This document shows positions 10,789 through 22,973 of a stretch of 64,000 nucleotides of DNA, in pieces (positions within the stretch are counted from its first letter, which is position 1; each line of letters opens with the position of its first letter). Source of the DNA: Nemertoderma westbladi (taxonomy: Eukaryota; Animalia; Xenacoelomorpha); assembly GCA_032718475.1 (NCBI GenBank), contig JAUCBJ010001077.1, forward strand, positions 56,117 through 120,116. Reading direction: 5' to 3'. Under the pieces are notes generated by a model. The model was given only the letters and a program-made list of their open reading frames with translations. It was not told where the DNA came from and searched no databases. The translations under genes were made by a program, and so were the position numbers.

Positions 10789-11718
10789 ATTAGGAAACTT
10801 ATAAGCATAATTTAAAATTAAAGTAAAACACAATGCGTTTCGAATATTTAATTCGTCATCAGACTGGGTTGGGGGTTATCGTACAACATTGGTATTAATT
10901 ATAAAATAGTCATCGAAATCGGCGGGAAATTCAAACTGAACTTTTTGTACTACACAATTACACCATGTCCTGGAATATAGTGTCGTTATTCAGTTGGTTG
11001 GGAAATAGAGGAGATATGGGCATTCGAATGTTGCATGTATTACTTCCCCTGCAGGCCATTTATTCTATTTAATAAATGTACCATATTCTAGAACATTTTG
11101 TTTATTCCATACGTAGCTGGGCAACATTGCAATACCTTTTTAATTATACTATTACGTAGCTATTCATAAATAAACAAAATGTTCTAGAATATGGTATTTT
11201 TATTTAATAGAATAAAATAGCCTCATGCAGATGCAACTTTTGAACGCTCCTAGCTCAGCTATTTTTCAACGAAATTCAGATTATGTTACATATTTGGAAT
11301 CCTTACTTGGACAGCTTTCCATCAGTACCAACAATAATCACTATAAGGTTGAAGAATAACTAGAGTGTAACTGGTGAATTATCACCGGAGACACCATTTT
11401 TAAACGCTGCTTGTAGCTAAAGAATGAAAGCAAAAATAAAAATTCTGGCTCATACACGGAGGAGGAGGGAAGTGGAACTATCTCTATTTCAAATTTCTTG
11501 TAATCTCATTAAGATTTGTAGAAAATTTTTTTTTTTGGGGGGGGGTGGGGGGTACCTGAATAACGACACTATATTCCAGGACATGGTGTATTATTTCAAT
11601 ACAGGCTTAGCGCTTAAACTGTGTTATTTATTGTACCCATGACGATGTAAATATTCGAAACGCGTTGTGTTTTAATTTAATTAAATTTATTATTATGCTT
11701 AAAATATATTTCCTAATG
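10789..11718. repeat. Inverted repeat pair (10789-10862 / 11640-11718), each with a degenerate minimal hammerhead-like core
   Basis: Minus strand CTGATGA-C-GAAT-TAAAT-ATTC-GAAACGCATTG; plus strand ATGACGATGTAAATATTCGAAACGCGTTG; shared AT-rich tails. Confidence 0.55.
10961..11588. mobile_element. Non-autonomous TIR element with TA target duplication (Tc1/mariner-type MITE)
   Basis: Perfect ~33-bp TIR CACCATGTCCTGGAATATAGTGTCGTTATTCAG, with TA on both sides. Confidence 0.85.
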
Positions 11719-11999
11719 AACTAATTATAATTATAGGTAGTTAGTTGAGAGTATACCTATTTATTATTCGAAGTGTCAATATATATGATATAAAATGATA
11801 TGATAAGGATTGTATCGTTTCTATGCCACATTACTTAATTTTTAAATGTTGTAGTTTAAGAATAAACTGGATAACTGTATGTATATCTGTAAGTGTATGA
11901 TAATATTCCTACACTTATATCTTTGCTGCGTTTTTTCGCCATTCCAATAAGTAAAATAATAATTGTTTAATATAATTTGGATCTCCTTGTTGATATTCA

Positions 12000-12794
12000 A
12001 TTTAAAGATATTTATACCCCCCCCCCCCCCAAATTCAACAACTCTTAATGAGATTGGAAGAAAATTTGAAACAGAGATAGTTTCACCCCCCTCCTCCACC
12101 GTGGGTAAGCCAGAATTTTTATTTTCGCACTCTTGAGGTGTCTCCGTCGATGTTTCACCAGTTACATCGCAGTTATTCTTTAACATTTAGAGATTTGTTA
12201 GAAGGGACCTACTGTTAGAAAGCTGGCTTAGCAAGGATTCCAAATATGCAACACAATCTGAATTTCGTCGTAAAAACAAAGTTGCATGGTGAGCTATTTT
12301 ATATTCTAGTTAATAAATACACCATATTCTGGAACCTTCTGTTTATGTATGAATAGCTATACGTAATAGTACAATTAAAGAGGTATTACATTGCTGCCCA
12401 GCTACGTATGGGATAAACAAAATGTTCCAGAATATGATGTATTTATTAACTAGAATATAAAATAGCTCACCATGCAACTTTGGAATGCGTCCATATCTCA
12501 GCTATTTTACGACGAAATTCAGATTGTGTTACATATTTGGAATCCTTGAATGGCCAGCTTTCTAACATTACCAACAAATCAGTATAAGTTTGAAGAATAA
12601 TGGCGTTGTAACTGGTACAATATTGACAGAGACAACTTTTTCAAATGCTTTTAGCTAAAGAATGAAGCGAAAGGGGGGTGGGGAAACTATCTGTTTCAAA
12701 TTTCGTGCAATCTCATTAAGATTATGTAGAAACGAAAATATATTTTGGGGGGAGGTGTACCTGAATAAGGACACTATATCCCAGGAATGTGGTG
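12000..12794. mobile_element. Second, palindromic copy of the same MITE family
   Basis: 12400-12794 parallels 11170-11588 and ends in a diverged TIR plus TA; 12000-12420 is an inverted copy. Confidence 0.75.
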
Positions 12795-13900
12795 TATAAT
12801 TAACACAAATGAAATAATTTATATGGATGTTATAATTACTTGTGTTGGTAGGTCCTTAATTACAAGCGTAGGAATATGTAATAGTAAATATTAGTAGAAA
12901 GAAAGATTTGTTTTATTACTATGCAATTTGTATTTTAAATAAGTTTAAAGAGTGCCATCTTCGCTGGTCATTGTTTTCATCATGAAACGCCTCTAATCGT
13001 ATATGTTCCCAATGTAGTTATTGTCGGTTTTTGTGACGGTGTCGTTTTCTAAAGTATTTTTTTTTCATTACAGAGTCGCGAAGTGTCAAAATGAGAAATT
13101 TAACGCTATAGTTAGAAAATATTGGTAAAGGACAAGTTTAGTTTAAGTAATTTACAGTATGGTTATGCAAATATATTGTTTTGTGAAGTATTTTTAGGAT
13201 CCCGAATAATAATAAATTTGAGAATAATAATAAATTAACAAATTTAACTGAATTTTAACTTACTTATGAATTAAGTTATTCTATATTCTATTAAATTAAT
13301 ATTAAGTGCATTTTCCTTCGTACACTCGCAACTTGAGTAAACCAACACGATATCGATATCCCCAGTAAATAACGCGGTACTTTAAAAAACACAATATCTC
13401 AATTTAGCAAAAAATTTATTGATTCCGGGGATTTGAATGGCTGACTACTAGTTCAATAAAATTATATAAATTTTAATTGAATGTCATATTTATCATGACC
13501 CACTCTGTCTATATCCCCACCCTCACCCCACCCCCAACCCTAAACTCAGGTTAGAACGCATTTACAGTAACTTGGGGACTGCAAATCCTAAATGGGATGC
13601 CTTTAACAATTCAATTAATTTATGTTTCCGCCTCCTGCCTATAATTAAAGGTTGCCAAGCAACAAATTTTCTTGGACGGCCCCTCAACAATGATTAATAA
13701 TTACAGTTCCACCTAACATCGGAGGAAATGCAATTTAAACTGAATTCAACGCAATATGAATTAATGCACCTACTGTATTATAGTTTCACTAAATCTATAT
13801 TTTCCCGACCAGGCCATAGTTTCACAATATTGCAGTTATAATAATATTAAGTGAGTTTGTCGTCTATTAGGAATTTTATTTAAAACTTTGGGAACAAACA

Positions 13901-14416
13901 ATGGAAGAAAGGAAGACGAACATGCCTACCCCTACATCTTGCACTGCTTTCACTATTAGTCTCGATGACTCAGATGGCTCAAAAGCAGCAGGCATGGTGC
14001 AGAGAGAACTTAACTTACAAAAAGCCTTTGAGAAGTTCAAAAAAACACGCCAAAACGAGATTCGCAGCCATTTACAGATTCGCCGTCGTATGTTATCCCA
14101 AAATTACGACCGAGAAAAAATGTGGTCGTTGCGCATGAAGTTTCTCGAAACGGCAAAAAGTTATCTCGGTTATCCGTACAGCCGCAAGGAACACGCGGAT
14201 GGTTCGGAACTGCATAGCTATCCATTCAGTTTGGATTGTTGCGCTCTTGTCCGGCAAGCTATACGCGATCTACGAGCTGAATTCGGGTTTACTTTGGCGG
14301 GTTGGAATCAGGCCTACCAGTACGACACATTGCCTATACGACTCACTGAACGGCAAATGAAACCAGGAGATTTGGTATTTATTAGCGGGAAATATTACAC
14401 AAAGAAAAGAAAGCAG
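13901..14416 (+). CDS. NlpC/P60 (papain-like, C40-type) domain gene, exon 1
   Basis: FLETAKSYLGYPY...SLDCCALVRQA...MKPGDLVF signature; phase-0 donor CAG|GTTTGT at 14417. Confidence 0.85.
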
Positions 14417-14967
14417 GTTTGTATAATATTTGCATAATTGCTTGTGAGTTGCGTTAAAATATCCCGTGACATTTAAAATGCTTGTCAGTACCGTATGGGT
14501 AGAGCCTACTAACTGCACATTAAATGCTGCATCGCCTATCAATTTGTACAGGTACATCATAAATTAACGAAACTGATACTTTAGGTCGAGGAATTCCTGC
14601 CCTAAAGACTGAAAGAGAATACGGTCAGATTATGGGTAGGCATTATGTTTCAGTTTCAGTGTTTTATAATAGCAGTCCATTAAGACCGGTTAAATGTAAT
14701 TCTGTAATTGTAATTTATAATTTAAATAAAATAAAATATAGACCTACGGTACGGTACGTTAGGCCCGTCACTTATTGTCGTCACGTTATTGATGATGGAA
14801 TTACAGTAGGCCCTATACATAAAATCTTTAAGGCTACCGGTAGAGCGAAGTATAGGCTACCGGTATCTGATAGTAGTAAACAGAAACACTACGCGAAATA
14901 CTGTAAGTACTAGTAATAGGTCTTTATTTAAAATAAAGCAAATTTACAGTATATATTTATTTGAAGT

Positions 14968-15738
14968 ATGACTGCCGGTAAGCGAAATAATTTAGGGGAC
15001 TGTCTGAGCGAAGTTACGGAGTTCCACGCCACACAGGTCAACCAATTAGATTACTGGAAGAAGCGATGCGTTAATCTAGCCAATCAGTTGCGTTTGGTTG
15101 AGAATCGTAGAGAACAAGTTTCTAGACAGGCGGCTTTGAGTTTCAGACAATGTCAGTCGGTTGAGATCAAAGCGGCTGATATTGAGGTAGATGCGAAGGA
15201 ATTAAAATCAAATCTACTAACTCTAAAAAAGAAAGTAAAGGACCTTAAGGCGGAAGATAAGGCATTGGAAGAACTTTTAGAACATCGTGGAAAGGTTATA
15301 CGTGAATACGAAATGAAGATGTGTGATTACGTTGAAAAGGTTAATATTGAGGAGGATGATGGTCTTCGCGACGAATTAGAAACCTTGAGGCAACAACTTA
15401 GTGAGTTAGAAGATGAGAAAGCTCTCCTCGCTGAAGCTGTTGCACCAGAATCCGAGGCCAATCTCGTGAAAGCGGTTAACGAGAAGATAAGAGATACAAT
15501 TCGGTTGAAAGGCGAGGTTGAGAGTAAGAAAGAGGAGTTAGTTCAGTTGCAGAGAGGTTGCGAAAGTCAGCGACAGGAGATAGGCAATGCCATGAGGCGT
15601 AATGGCGAAGTGTATAAACGGCTGCAGATGCAGGTTGAGGACGCTAAAGAGCAGGAGAGATTAGGGAACATGGAGGTGGAATCATTAGAGAAACAAATCA
15701 ACTTGTTGAGGGATAAACTCGATTATAAAGGTGCCTAG
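14968..15738 (+). CDS. Intronless coiled-coil protein, 256 aa, CCDC122-like, nested in an intron
   Basis: Clean ATG-to-stop ORF in AT-rich flanks. N-terminal NLGDCLSEV..H..Q..L...K....NL.NQL and C-terminal RQEI....R....YKRL.MQV.......LEKQ...LR resemble recalled CCDC122. Confidence 0.75.
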   Translation: MTAGKRNNLGDCLSEVTEFHATQVNQLDYWKKRCVNLANQLRLVENRREQVSRQAALSFRQCQSVEIKAADIEVDAKELKSNLLTLKKKVKDLKAEDKALEELLEHRGKVIREYEMKMCDYVEKVNIEEDDGLRDELETLRQQLSELEDEKALLAEAVAPESEANLVKAVNEKIRDTIRLKGEVESKKEELVQLQRGCESQRQEIGNAMRRNGEVYKRLQMQVEDAKEQERLGNMEVESLEKQINLLRDKLDYKGA

Positions 15739-15863
15739 AGTCTAAATATCTCAGCCACTAAAATTATTAATTTATAATTTAGTAGGCAAATTAGGTAGGC
15801 AGTTGTTTTGGATAGAGGGACCCTCAAAATTAATGAAATTCTTCTTGTTGTTCTAGTGATTTA

Positions 15864-15941
15864 TCTCTGATAGCTCACTCGGTAGAGCGCCAAACTTCAG
15901 ATATTAAAGTACTGGGTCCGATTGCGGATCAGCTCTTTTTA
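15864..15941 (+). pseudogene. tRNA-like relic (tRNA pseudogene or SINE head)
   Basis: A-box TAGCTCACTCGGTAGAGC, degenerate B-box GGTCCGATTGC, then a T-run; the cloverleaf does not close well. Confidence 0.55.
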
Positions 15942-16316
15942 TTGTTACAATTTCGACAGAGCCAGCTTGCTGGCTTCTAGAGTTAAAATATTATATCTTC
16001 TTACTTTACTTACTTAAATTTGTTTAAAATTATCCTATGCAGAAGAACAAGGTACATATTATTTTTTTATTATAATTAGTTGTGAAGAATTCATATTTTT
16101 AGTCATTCAGAGTGTTTAGTTAAAAAAGTTGATAATATGGTAACAAATTATTTTGGTGTTATAACTATTTACATACTTGTGTTGTGTGTAAAGTAGCACT
16201 TTACAGTGTGATGATCCGAGTGGCTTTGTTACACGAACGAACGTTAGTGAGTGAGTAAAAATAAAGCCACGAGGATCAGAACACTGTAAAGTACTTTGCA
16301 ACAAGTATGTATGTAG

Positions 16317-16785
16317 TTTTATTCCAAAATTGTAACATTACGAAATGATTGTATATATATTATAAGTGATAGAAACTGTACAAATTATATTAGTTGCTGT
16401 ATAAATAAAAATGACATAAATTATGTTATAAATAAGTTAGCTTATATTTATGGTGGCGTTTGGAGCCATGTTATAATAATATAGCTAGGCCCTACTGGTT
16501 AATAGCTATACCCCGCCTACCGGTAGGTAATGCAGTAGGCCTATCTGGCTGTCAGGCAATTTTTAATAAATAAAACCTATAGTTTACGTGGTAACCATGA
16601 CGGCGTGACTTTACAGCTCGCCGTCATTGGTTACCACATAAACAATAGACATTACAACACCAATACAATACTAAATGTACAGGCCAATACAATGCTGTAA
16701 TGTCCTCTAAAGTTGTAAAGTGCTAAACTAACAACTCGCTGTTAATACTAACGGCATTGAGTAATGTTACAATTTTGGAATAAAA
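16317..16785. mobile_element. Small element bounded by ~25-bp inverted repeats
   Basis: TTTTATTCCAAAATTGTAACATTAC versus GTAATGTTACAATTTTGGAATAAAA; related motifs recur near 60284 and 61307. Confidence 0.55.
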
Positions 16786-17246
16786 GTCATAATTTGGTGA
16801 TAAATTAGGTATTTTTGGTGGTGAATTCATAATTTTTGTTACAAGGTTAATTATTTTTGGAGGTTGGCCTAGTTTAAGTTTATGTTACAGTATTTGGTTC
16901 TATCATTTGTTTACAAAATAAATAATTTTGGATAAATAATAAATAAATAAACGGACATTTTGGTATGCTACAGTATTTATTTTTTGCTTTATACACATCA
17001 TACAGACAGGTAATGCGTACGTTATTATTGTGATATAAAACTTCATTTTGGTGATGTTTTAGTGGAGGATATATAGGCCTATACATTTTTGTTATAAAAG
17101 TTTTTTATATTTGATTTCAAAATTAATATTCTTCTTGTCAGGTTACATTCATTTTACTCCATAGGCATGCATATGGAACTATATCGTACATTTCACATTA
17201 ACTAAGTTATTTTTCGTAAAGTCATTCTTTTATTTCTAATTGACAG

Positions 17247-17801
17247 ATCCACAATATGTGTCACGTAGAAATCTGGATGGGTGACGGGCCGAAGACCCTC
17301 GGTTCCCGCTGGCGGAAGGGCGTGGTGTCCGTATTCGATTCCTACGCATTCGTCCCCAAATCCTACCGGCTCCTCAAGTTCCATTTCCGGTCCATCGACA
17401 CCTGGTTGGCGGGAATCTGTCGCAGTTTCTGTAAAAAACATCCGTGGCGACGCGGAAAAACCGTGGCGCCTCTGAAGCGATCGATATTCCGATTGGATCA
17501 CCAGCAGGAAACGCAGTCGGATGTGCCTCAACAGTTAGCCAACGTTGTGCAGTACCAAGAGCCGGCTGATTTTAGCGATGAATCCAGTGTGATGGCAGAT
17601 GATCCATCTGGTGACATCTCTCAACGGAATTACGAATACAAACCAACCAATAATAGCGATGAAGCCCCTGTAGTCAATGAACTTGTCGGTGCTGTTGAAT
17701 GTCTAGATGTGTCGACGACCAATGATTGTGGGACATCTGATGACGTTATAAACGGCCATTCATGGTTGTCAGATAGCCGATCTGAAAGTCCTGGAGATTA
17801 A
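17247..17801 (+). CDS. NlpC/P60 domain gene, exon 2
   Basis: Branch-like CTAAT and acceptor TGACAG| in phase 0; supplies IHNMCHVEIWMGDG (putative catalytic His), then SIDTWLAGICRSFCKKHPW and an acidic tail. Confidence 0.85.
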   Translation: MHNMCHVEIWMGDGPKTLGSRWRKGVVSVFDSYAFVPKSYRLLKFHFRSIDTWLAGICRSFCKKHPWRRGKTVAPLKRSIFRLDHQQETQSDVPQQLANVVQYQEPADFSDESSVMADDPSGDISQRNYEYKPTNNSDEAPVVNELVGAVECLDVSTTNDCGTSDDVINGHSWLSDSRSESPGD

Positions 17802-18101
17802 ACGAGTTGAATAGAAGGATGGCATGCAGCCACCAATCATACAGTAGTATTACTAGGCCTACTACTGTATAATATCTTTTATTTCCAATCTAAACTGTAC
17901 ATCTACAGGAATGATTAAGAAGATTGAAGATAAACTTAAGGATAACCCCCACAAAAAACATTTATTTTTCATATTGTATCATTTGTGGTCAATTTGCACA
18001 CTATCTGATCCTGTGAGCACAACATTGTATCTTGTGTGCACAATATAGTAGGCTGGCCTATGTACACAACAAGTATCTTGTTTGCACAACATACAGTAGT
18101 A

Positions 18102-18895
18102 CAGGGTGTCCCACAAGATTTGACACGGATTCGTTTTCAAATAACTCCGCTACACCTTAATAAAATTAGGTATTATTGGTATCATTAGAAAGCTAGAGGG
18201 CTAACTTAAATAAGTAAACTTACTGGAAACAATAATGTTACTATGGTAACAACCCCCTGTGGCAGTTCATAAAGAAACAAGGGTTTTCGAAAGGTGCACT
18301 AATAATTAATTTTAAGAGCAAAAATTTTAAGCATTTTAAAGCATTTTAAAAAATTGTACTTTGTAAAGGAATTACACTAATGGTGTGGTAATGATGAGGA
18401 ATTACGCTAATTACACTATTGCATGGGTCTTGAATGATTCCGTTGTAATGGTTTTAGTGTCTTCAAACTTATTATTTTTAATTTTTTAAAATTTTATATG
18501 GTAAGAAGGAGAATTTGCAATTATTGCCTTTGAAGAATGTTTTGGAAACTTTCTACATTGTTTTGAGTTTTTGGTATTATTAGAAAGACAATTTTAATTT
18601 GTTAAATAGTTATACTGTATTTGATTTGGCCGTAAACCTCGATGTCCCCGCTGACATTCTGAACCTTAGCCAGTCTGCGGATTAGCTCGGAGTAGCAGTT
18701 CTGGTATAGATTGAAATGCAACACTAATTTATTACATTTCGCAGTTCGGTAAAGTTGGCAAAAGGCTGGCAGTGCTTTCACTGGCCACACAAGTAAAAGT
18801 CACAGAGAGTGAGTTCAGGGTGATCTAGGGGGCCATGTTATCGGACCATCTCGACCAATCCATCTACCAGGAAACACATCATATTCAAGTATGCC
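18102..18895 (-). pseudogene. Tc1/mariner transposase C-terminal relic with one TIR
   Basis: FPGRWIGRDGPITWPPRSP, then frameshifted ELTLCDFYL (WPPRSPDL-type motif); TA|CAGGGTGTCCCA terminus at 18102. Confidence 0.85.
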
Positions 18896-20390
18896 CTCAC
18901 AATTAGTCCAAAATGTGGTGGAGCTGGAAGACAACATCTCAGCTTTCGCCATTGCCAGGTACAAAAAACTTCTGTAACATCTGCAAATTTTATTTTTTAT
19001 TAACATAACTTCACAAGCAACTATAGCTGAGCTGATATAGAGCTGATACATTACCCGAAGGGAGACTTTAAGACGCATTGAAGTACAGTACTGTAATATT
19101 CGCATGTGTTTCACATCGAAAAACGTATTGCGGAGGCTGTAACAGTTATTAATAAATTTCGTTTCATCGCTTCACCAGATGTTAATGATCCGTTGTTTAG
19201 ACGAGAAAATAATTCCTTCTTGCAGTATGAGAATGTTAGGATGGATAGGATATCTGGCATTGGGATGGTCTTGGAACATTGTCGGTAAGCACCACTGAAA
19301 CTTGCAGTATGGTAATCGTTGTCCTGTTTGCTACTATTAATGAAAAGTGATAGTCTAAGGAAAGGCTGCAGGATTGTATTGGGGAAGGCGGAGGTCCTCA
19401 AGATAGTCCCTAGATCATCTTTGTATGCACGAGTTGATATTGGGTCGCAACTCATAAGGTCCATTACCACTTGGTTACTAGCATATTATGTGCCCAGGTA
19501 GAGCAAGCCTCGTAAGATTTTACGGTAGTAGATATCGAGTTGGGACAGTCGGGATTAGTTGGAAATTAAGCACACAATCAAACACAACCAAACACACCCA
19601 AACACAATCAAACACAGTCCAAATGTTAACCAATTTTGTCAAACACAGTCCAAATCGGAAAGCCAAGGTAATTCTACATCAGTTTGTATAAAAATTATTT
19701 TCAAAATGTCCGCACAATGCCACTATTATTGCCAATTTGTATCTCAACGCACAGCAGGACTGGTTGCTAGGCACTAGTGAGTGACGTTGGCCTTATATCC
19801 CTTGCACACTGTACTGTACAGCCTACTCGGTAGGGGTAGGCAGGTAGGCATATTGCAGTATTCCGATTACATACCAGCTGACCGGTGCCGGTGATGTAGT
19901 GAGGTACCGTACCCTGGTACCAATAGTTAGTTCTTTAAATCATTGTATTTTATTCCGCTATTTGTTATGGTGCCCGTAATCCAGTAGGCCTAATCTATTC
20001 TGTCTTTCTGTAGGGCTAGGCAGCTAGGGCTACTGCAGTACTGCAAATTTCGATTACCGCAAATTACCGGTCAGCCGGTATGTGATAGCAATACTGAAAT
20101 ATGCCTTGCCTACCTCTACCAGAGGCTGTACTGTACATCAGTGTACAGGGGATATAAGGCCAAAGTCACTAGTGCCTAGCAACCAGTCCAGCTGTGCGTT
20201 GAGATATAAATTGGCAATAATAGTGGTATTATACGGACATTTTGAAAATAATTTTTATACAAACTGACGTAGAATTACCTTGGCTTTCCGATTTGGACTG
20301 TGTTTGACAAAATTTGTTAACATTTGGACTGTGTTTGATTGTGTTTGGGTGTGTTTGGTTGTGTTTGATTGTGTGCTTAATATCCAACTA

Positions 20391-21338
20391 GGGGCCGTCC
20401 AAGTATGACGTCAGCACTTTAGGGGGGGAGGGGGGTTGGGAAAATCTGATGACGTGCTGATGAGGGGAGGGGAGGGGGTCAGCCAAAATCTGACGTCAGC
20501 ATGTTCATTTATAGGTGCTAGAAGAGATATAGCAGAAGAGTAAATAGCTTGCCTATTTTAATTGTTCGAAGCCCCCGAAGGCCCGTAGCACGACCTTCTG
20601 TTTCAGTTACCAGTCACCATGTTTCAGTGATTAGGACGCGTGCTACTGGGGTACTGCGGTACAGGGGTTCGCCTGAAAATGAAACATTAATCCTAAGCTA
20701 ATGATTGTTAGAGACTGCAGTACCGTTACCTCCACCGGTTCATATAGGCTTATTATTAGCTTATGTTTGTTTATTATCATTCATAAACTCATGCATCACC
20801 CATGTGAAGAATACCAGGATTTCACTTTTCGGTCGACTTTTTATTGTAATTTTATATATGAAGATTTTTTATTTTTTTTAATTTATCTTTATTAAGTGTT
20901 TTGTAGCGCTTATTTCTGTCTTATAACCTGTACATATACTAATTCGTTTATTGTTTTGGTTAGATTCAGCCCTTCAGTAACCTGTGTTTTTGGTGAAAAC
21001 CTGGTATTCTTCACATGGGGGTAACTGCAAAGTGAAACATAACGGCAGAAAGTCTGGTATTCTTCACATGGGCCCGATAGGCTATCCTACTACAACTCTA
21101 TACCTTCCTATATACTGTAGATAAGCTATGTAACAGCCAGCCCCCGTGCACCCCCTCCAACTGTCCAATGCAATATAATACCTTTATCCTGCTGATAATA
21201 GTTTATTCCAAAAAATTTTTTAATCTGATTTAGGGGGGGGGGGGGGGGGGTCAACGCCTATCTGATGATATCTGATTTAGGGGAGGGAGGGGGTCAACAT
21301 TTGGGGGAAAAGTGCAGACGTCATACTTGGACGGCCCC
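20391..21338. mobile_element. Non-autonomous DNA transposon with 3-bp TSD (Zator- or PIF/Harbinger-like)
   Basis: 22-bp perfect TIR GGGGCCGTCCAAGTATGACGTC; CTA duplicated at 20388-20390 and 21339-21341. Confidence 0.88.
20799..21019. mobile_element. Small MITE inside the previous element
   Basis: TIR CCCATGTGAAGAATACCAGG; extra end copy at ~21054-21072 and another copy at ~57329. Confidence 0.75.
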
Positions 21339-22745
21339 CTATCCGACAGTCGGGGCATATTATTTCGTCGGTACAATCATTATTTCTTCCATCATTTTCT
21401 TCAAATATGTCAACCCAAGCATTCCATTCCTACTCAATGGCTAATACTGATTTGCAATCTCTTTCAGATTCCAAAACTTTTTCAAATTTTCCACTACCGC
21501 AGGCAGAGTATTAGCCAATCTGTTATCATACCCCAGCGGCCCCAGCCAGGGTTGGCATATCCTTTAGAAAATTGTACCGTTTCATTCAATACAATAAATG
21601 TAACCCCTGTAAAAGGTGATTCCGTACCAGTTTGTGTTGCTTCAGCCAAAGGTACCCCTGTTTCTGATTCTTCAATGAAGACGTTTAACTCTTCTACCGA
21701 TAAATTGATCCTTGTTCCACATTCCACTCCATTTCGCTGGGAGTGGCGGATTTATGTGCTGCGTGACTGCGGTGATTGGTTGGTTGCCAGCATAAACAAT
21801 CTCGGGATAGGAAATAACTAGTGGAATAGGTAGTTCAAGTTTTCGAGTGCCATGTAAACACAGAAACTGAGGGGGGGGGGGGGGGGGGGGGGGGGTGTTG
21901 GGGGTCGGGGGAATTCGGCTTAATCAAAATTCATCCCACTCCAGCGGAAACTCGGAAACAATTATGAGCTGATTTGTCTCCAAATATAAATGTAACCTGC
22001 GTTGTTGAATTTCCCTCTTTTGTTTAGAATAACGTGCCACTTTAACCAGCTCCTTTCCTGTACAATGCAAGATACTGTATGGCGGGTGGTAAACCCTTCT
22101 TGTAGCAGGCGGGTTTGTAAAGAAGCATGTTAAAGAGGCGGGCCAAAACAAAGAGCGAGATATTAATTATTCTCCGAGATGGAATTTGCGTCAACCAAAT
22201 AAACTGATATTTGTAATGCTCTGATGTGCTCCCTTACTCTAAAGCACCTCGTTCTCTCGTTTATGGTGTCTACAGTAGACTGTCTATCTACTACTGTACT
22301 TCGCTGTAACCTACACTTTCACTTAGTACCCGTAGACCAAAATACTTTATAATAGAAAGCGGCCGAAACTCGTTAAAAAGGGTAATAAATATCCCAACTC
22401 ATGTTCTCTTAATATTAATGTTTCACGATTAATTGTCGGGTCATGTTTATTGGAAAGAACTACTTATTTAATTTAAGTCAGTAAATTGTAATTGAATCTA
22501 AATAAAGCGCACTCACAAGTAAGGTCTCGGTCTTCGGCATTTTAGATACGATTTTTAGATTGAGTTGTTTTTTAACTATGTGACAATTTAACATTGAGGC
22601 GAAATATTAAATCTATTTAGCAAAAACCTATAAAACTTGAGGTTTTTTTTAAAACCTACGCAAAAAACATAAAACAATTTTATTTAAAAAACGTTTTTTA
22701 AAATTTTTTTTTTAAAATTATAGTATTTTTCCTACTATATCTTCT

Positions 22746-22973
22746 GGAGCATTTCATTGTTGTATGAATAATAGCAACCTAATTCGTAATAATAGGAGTT
22801 CATTATTGTATGAATAATAGCAACCTAATTCGTAATAATAGGAGTTCATTATTGTATGAATAATAGCAACCTAATTCGTAATAATAGGAGTTCATTATTG
22901 TATGAATAATAGCAACCTAATTCGTAATAATAGGAGTTTATTGTTGTATGAATAATAGCAACCTAATTCGTAA
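22746..22973. repeat. 46-bp tandem repeat, left part (~5 units)
   Basis: GGAGTTCATT(A/G)TTGTATGAATAATAGCAACCTAATTCGTAATAATA; resumes in register at 33871. Confidence 0.95.

Larger units (their letters stand above)
19552..21344. mobile_element. Foldback-type MITE with ~340-bp inverted arms and 8-9 bp TSD
   Basis: Arms ~19552-19890 and ~20050-20390 plus 21342-21344; GACAGTCG(G) at 19544 and 21345. Confidence 0.85.

Noticed and set aside
15864-15941. Functional tRNA gene
   Set aside because: T-loop consensus is broken and acceptor and anticodon stems pair poorly; kept only as a relic.
21871-21896. Long poly-G tracts (also ~21232, 62446, 63250) as G-quadruplex elements
   Set aside because: Scattered homopolymers, mostly within repeats, of unreliable length; no positional pattern.
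18900-22200. Fragmentary ORFs at 18900-19500 and 21350-22150
   Set aside because: May be decayed coding or TE sequence, but I recognise no motif and cannot assign them.
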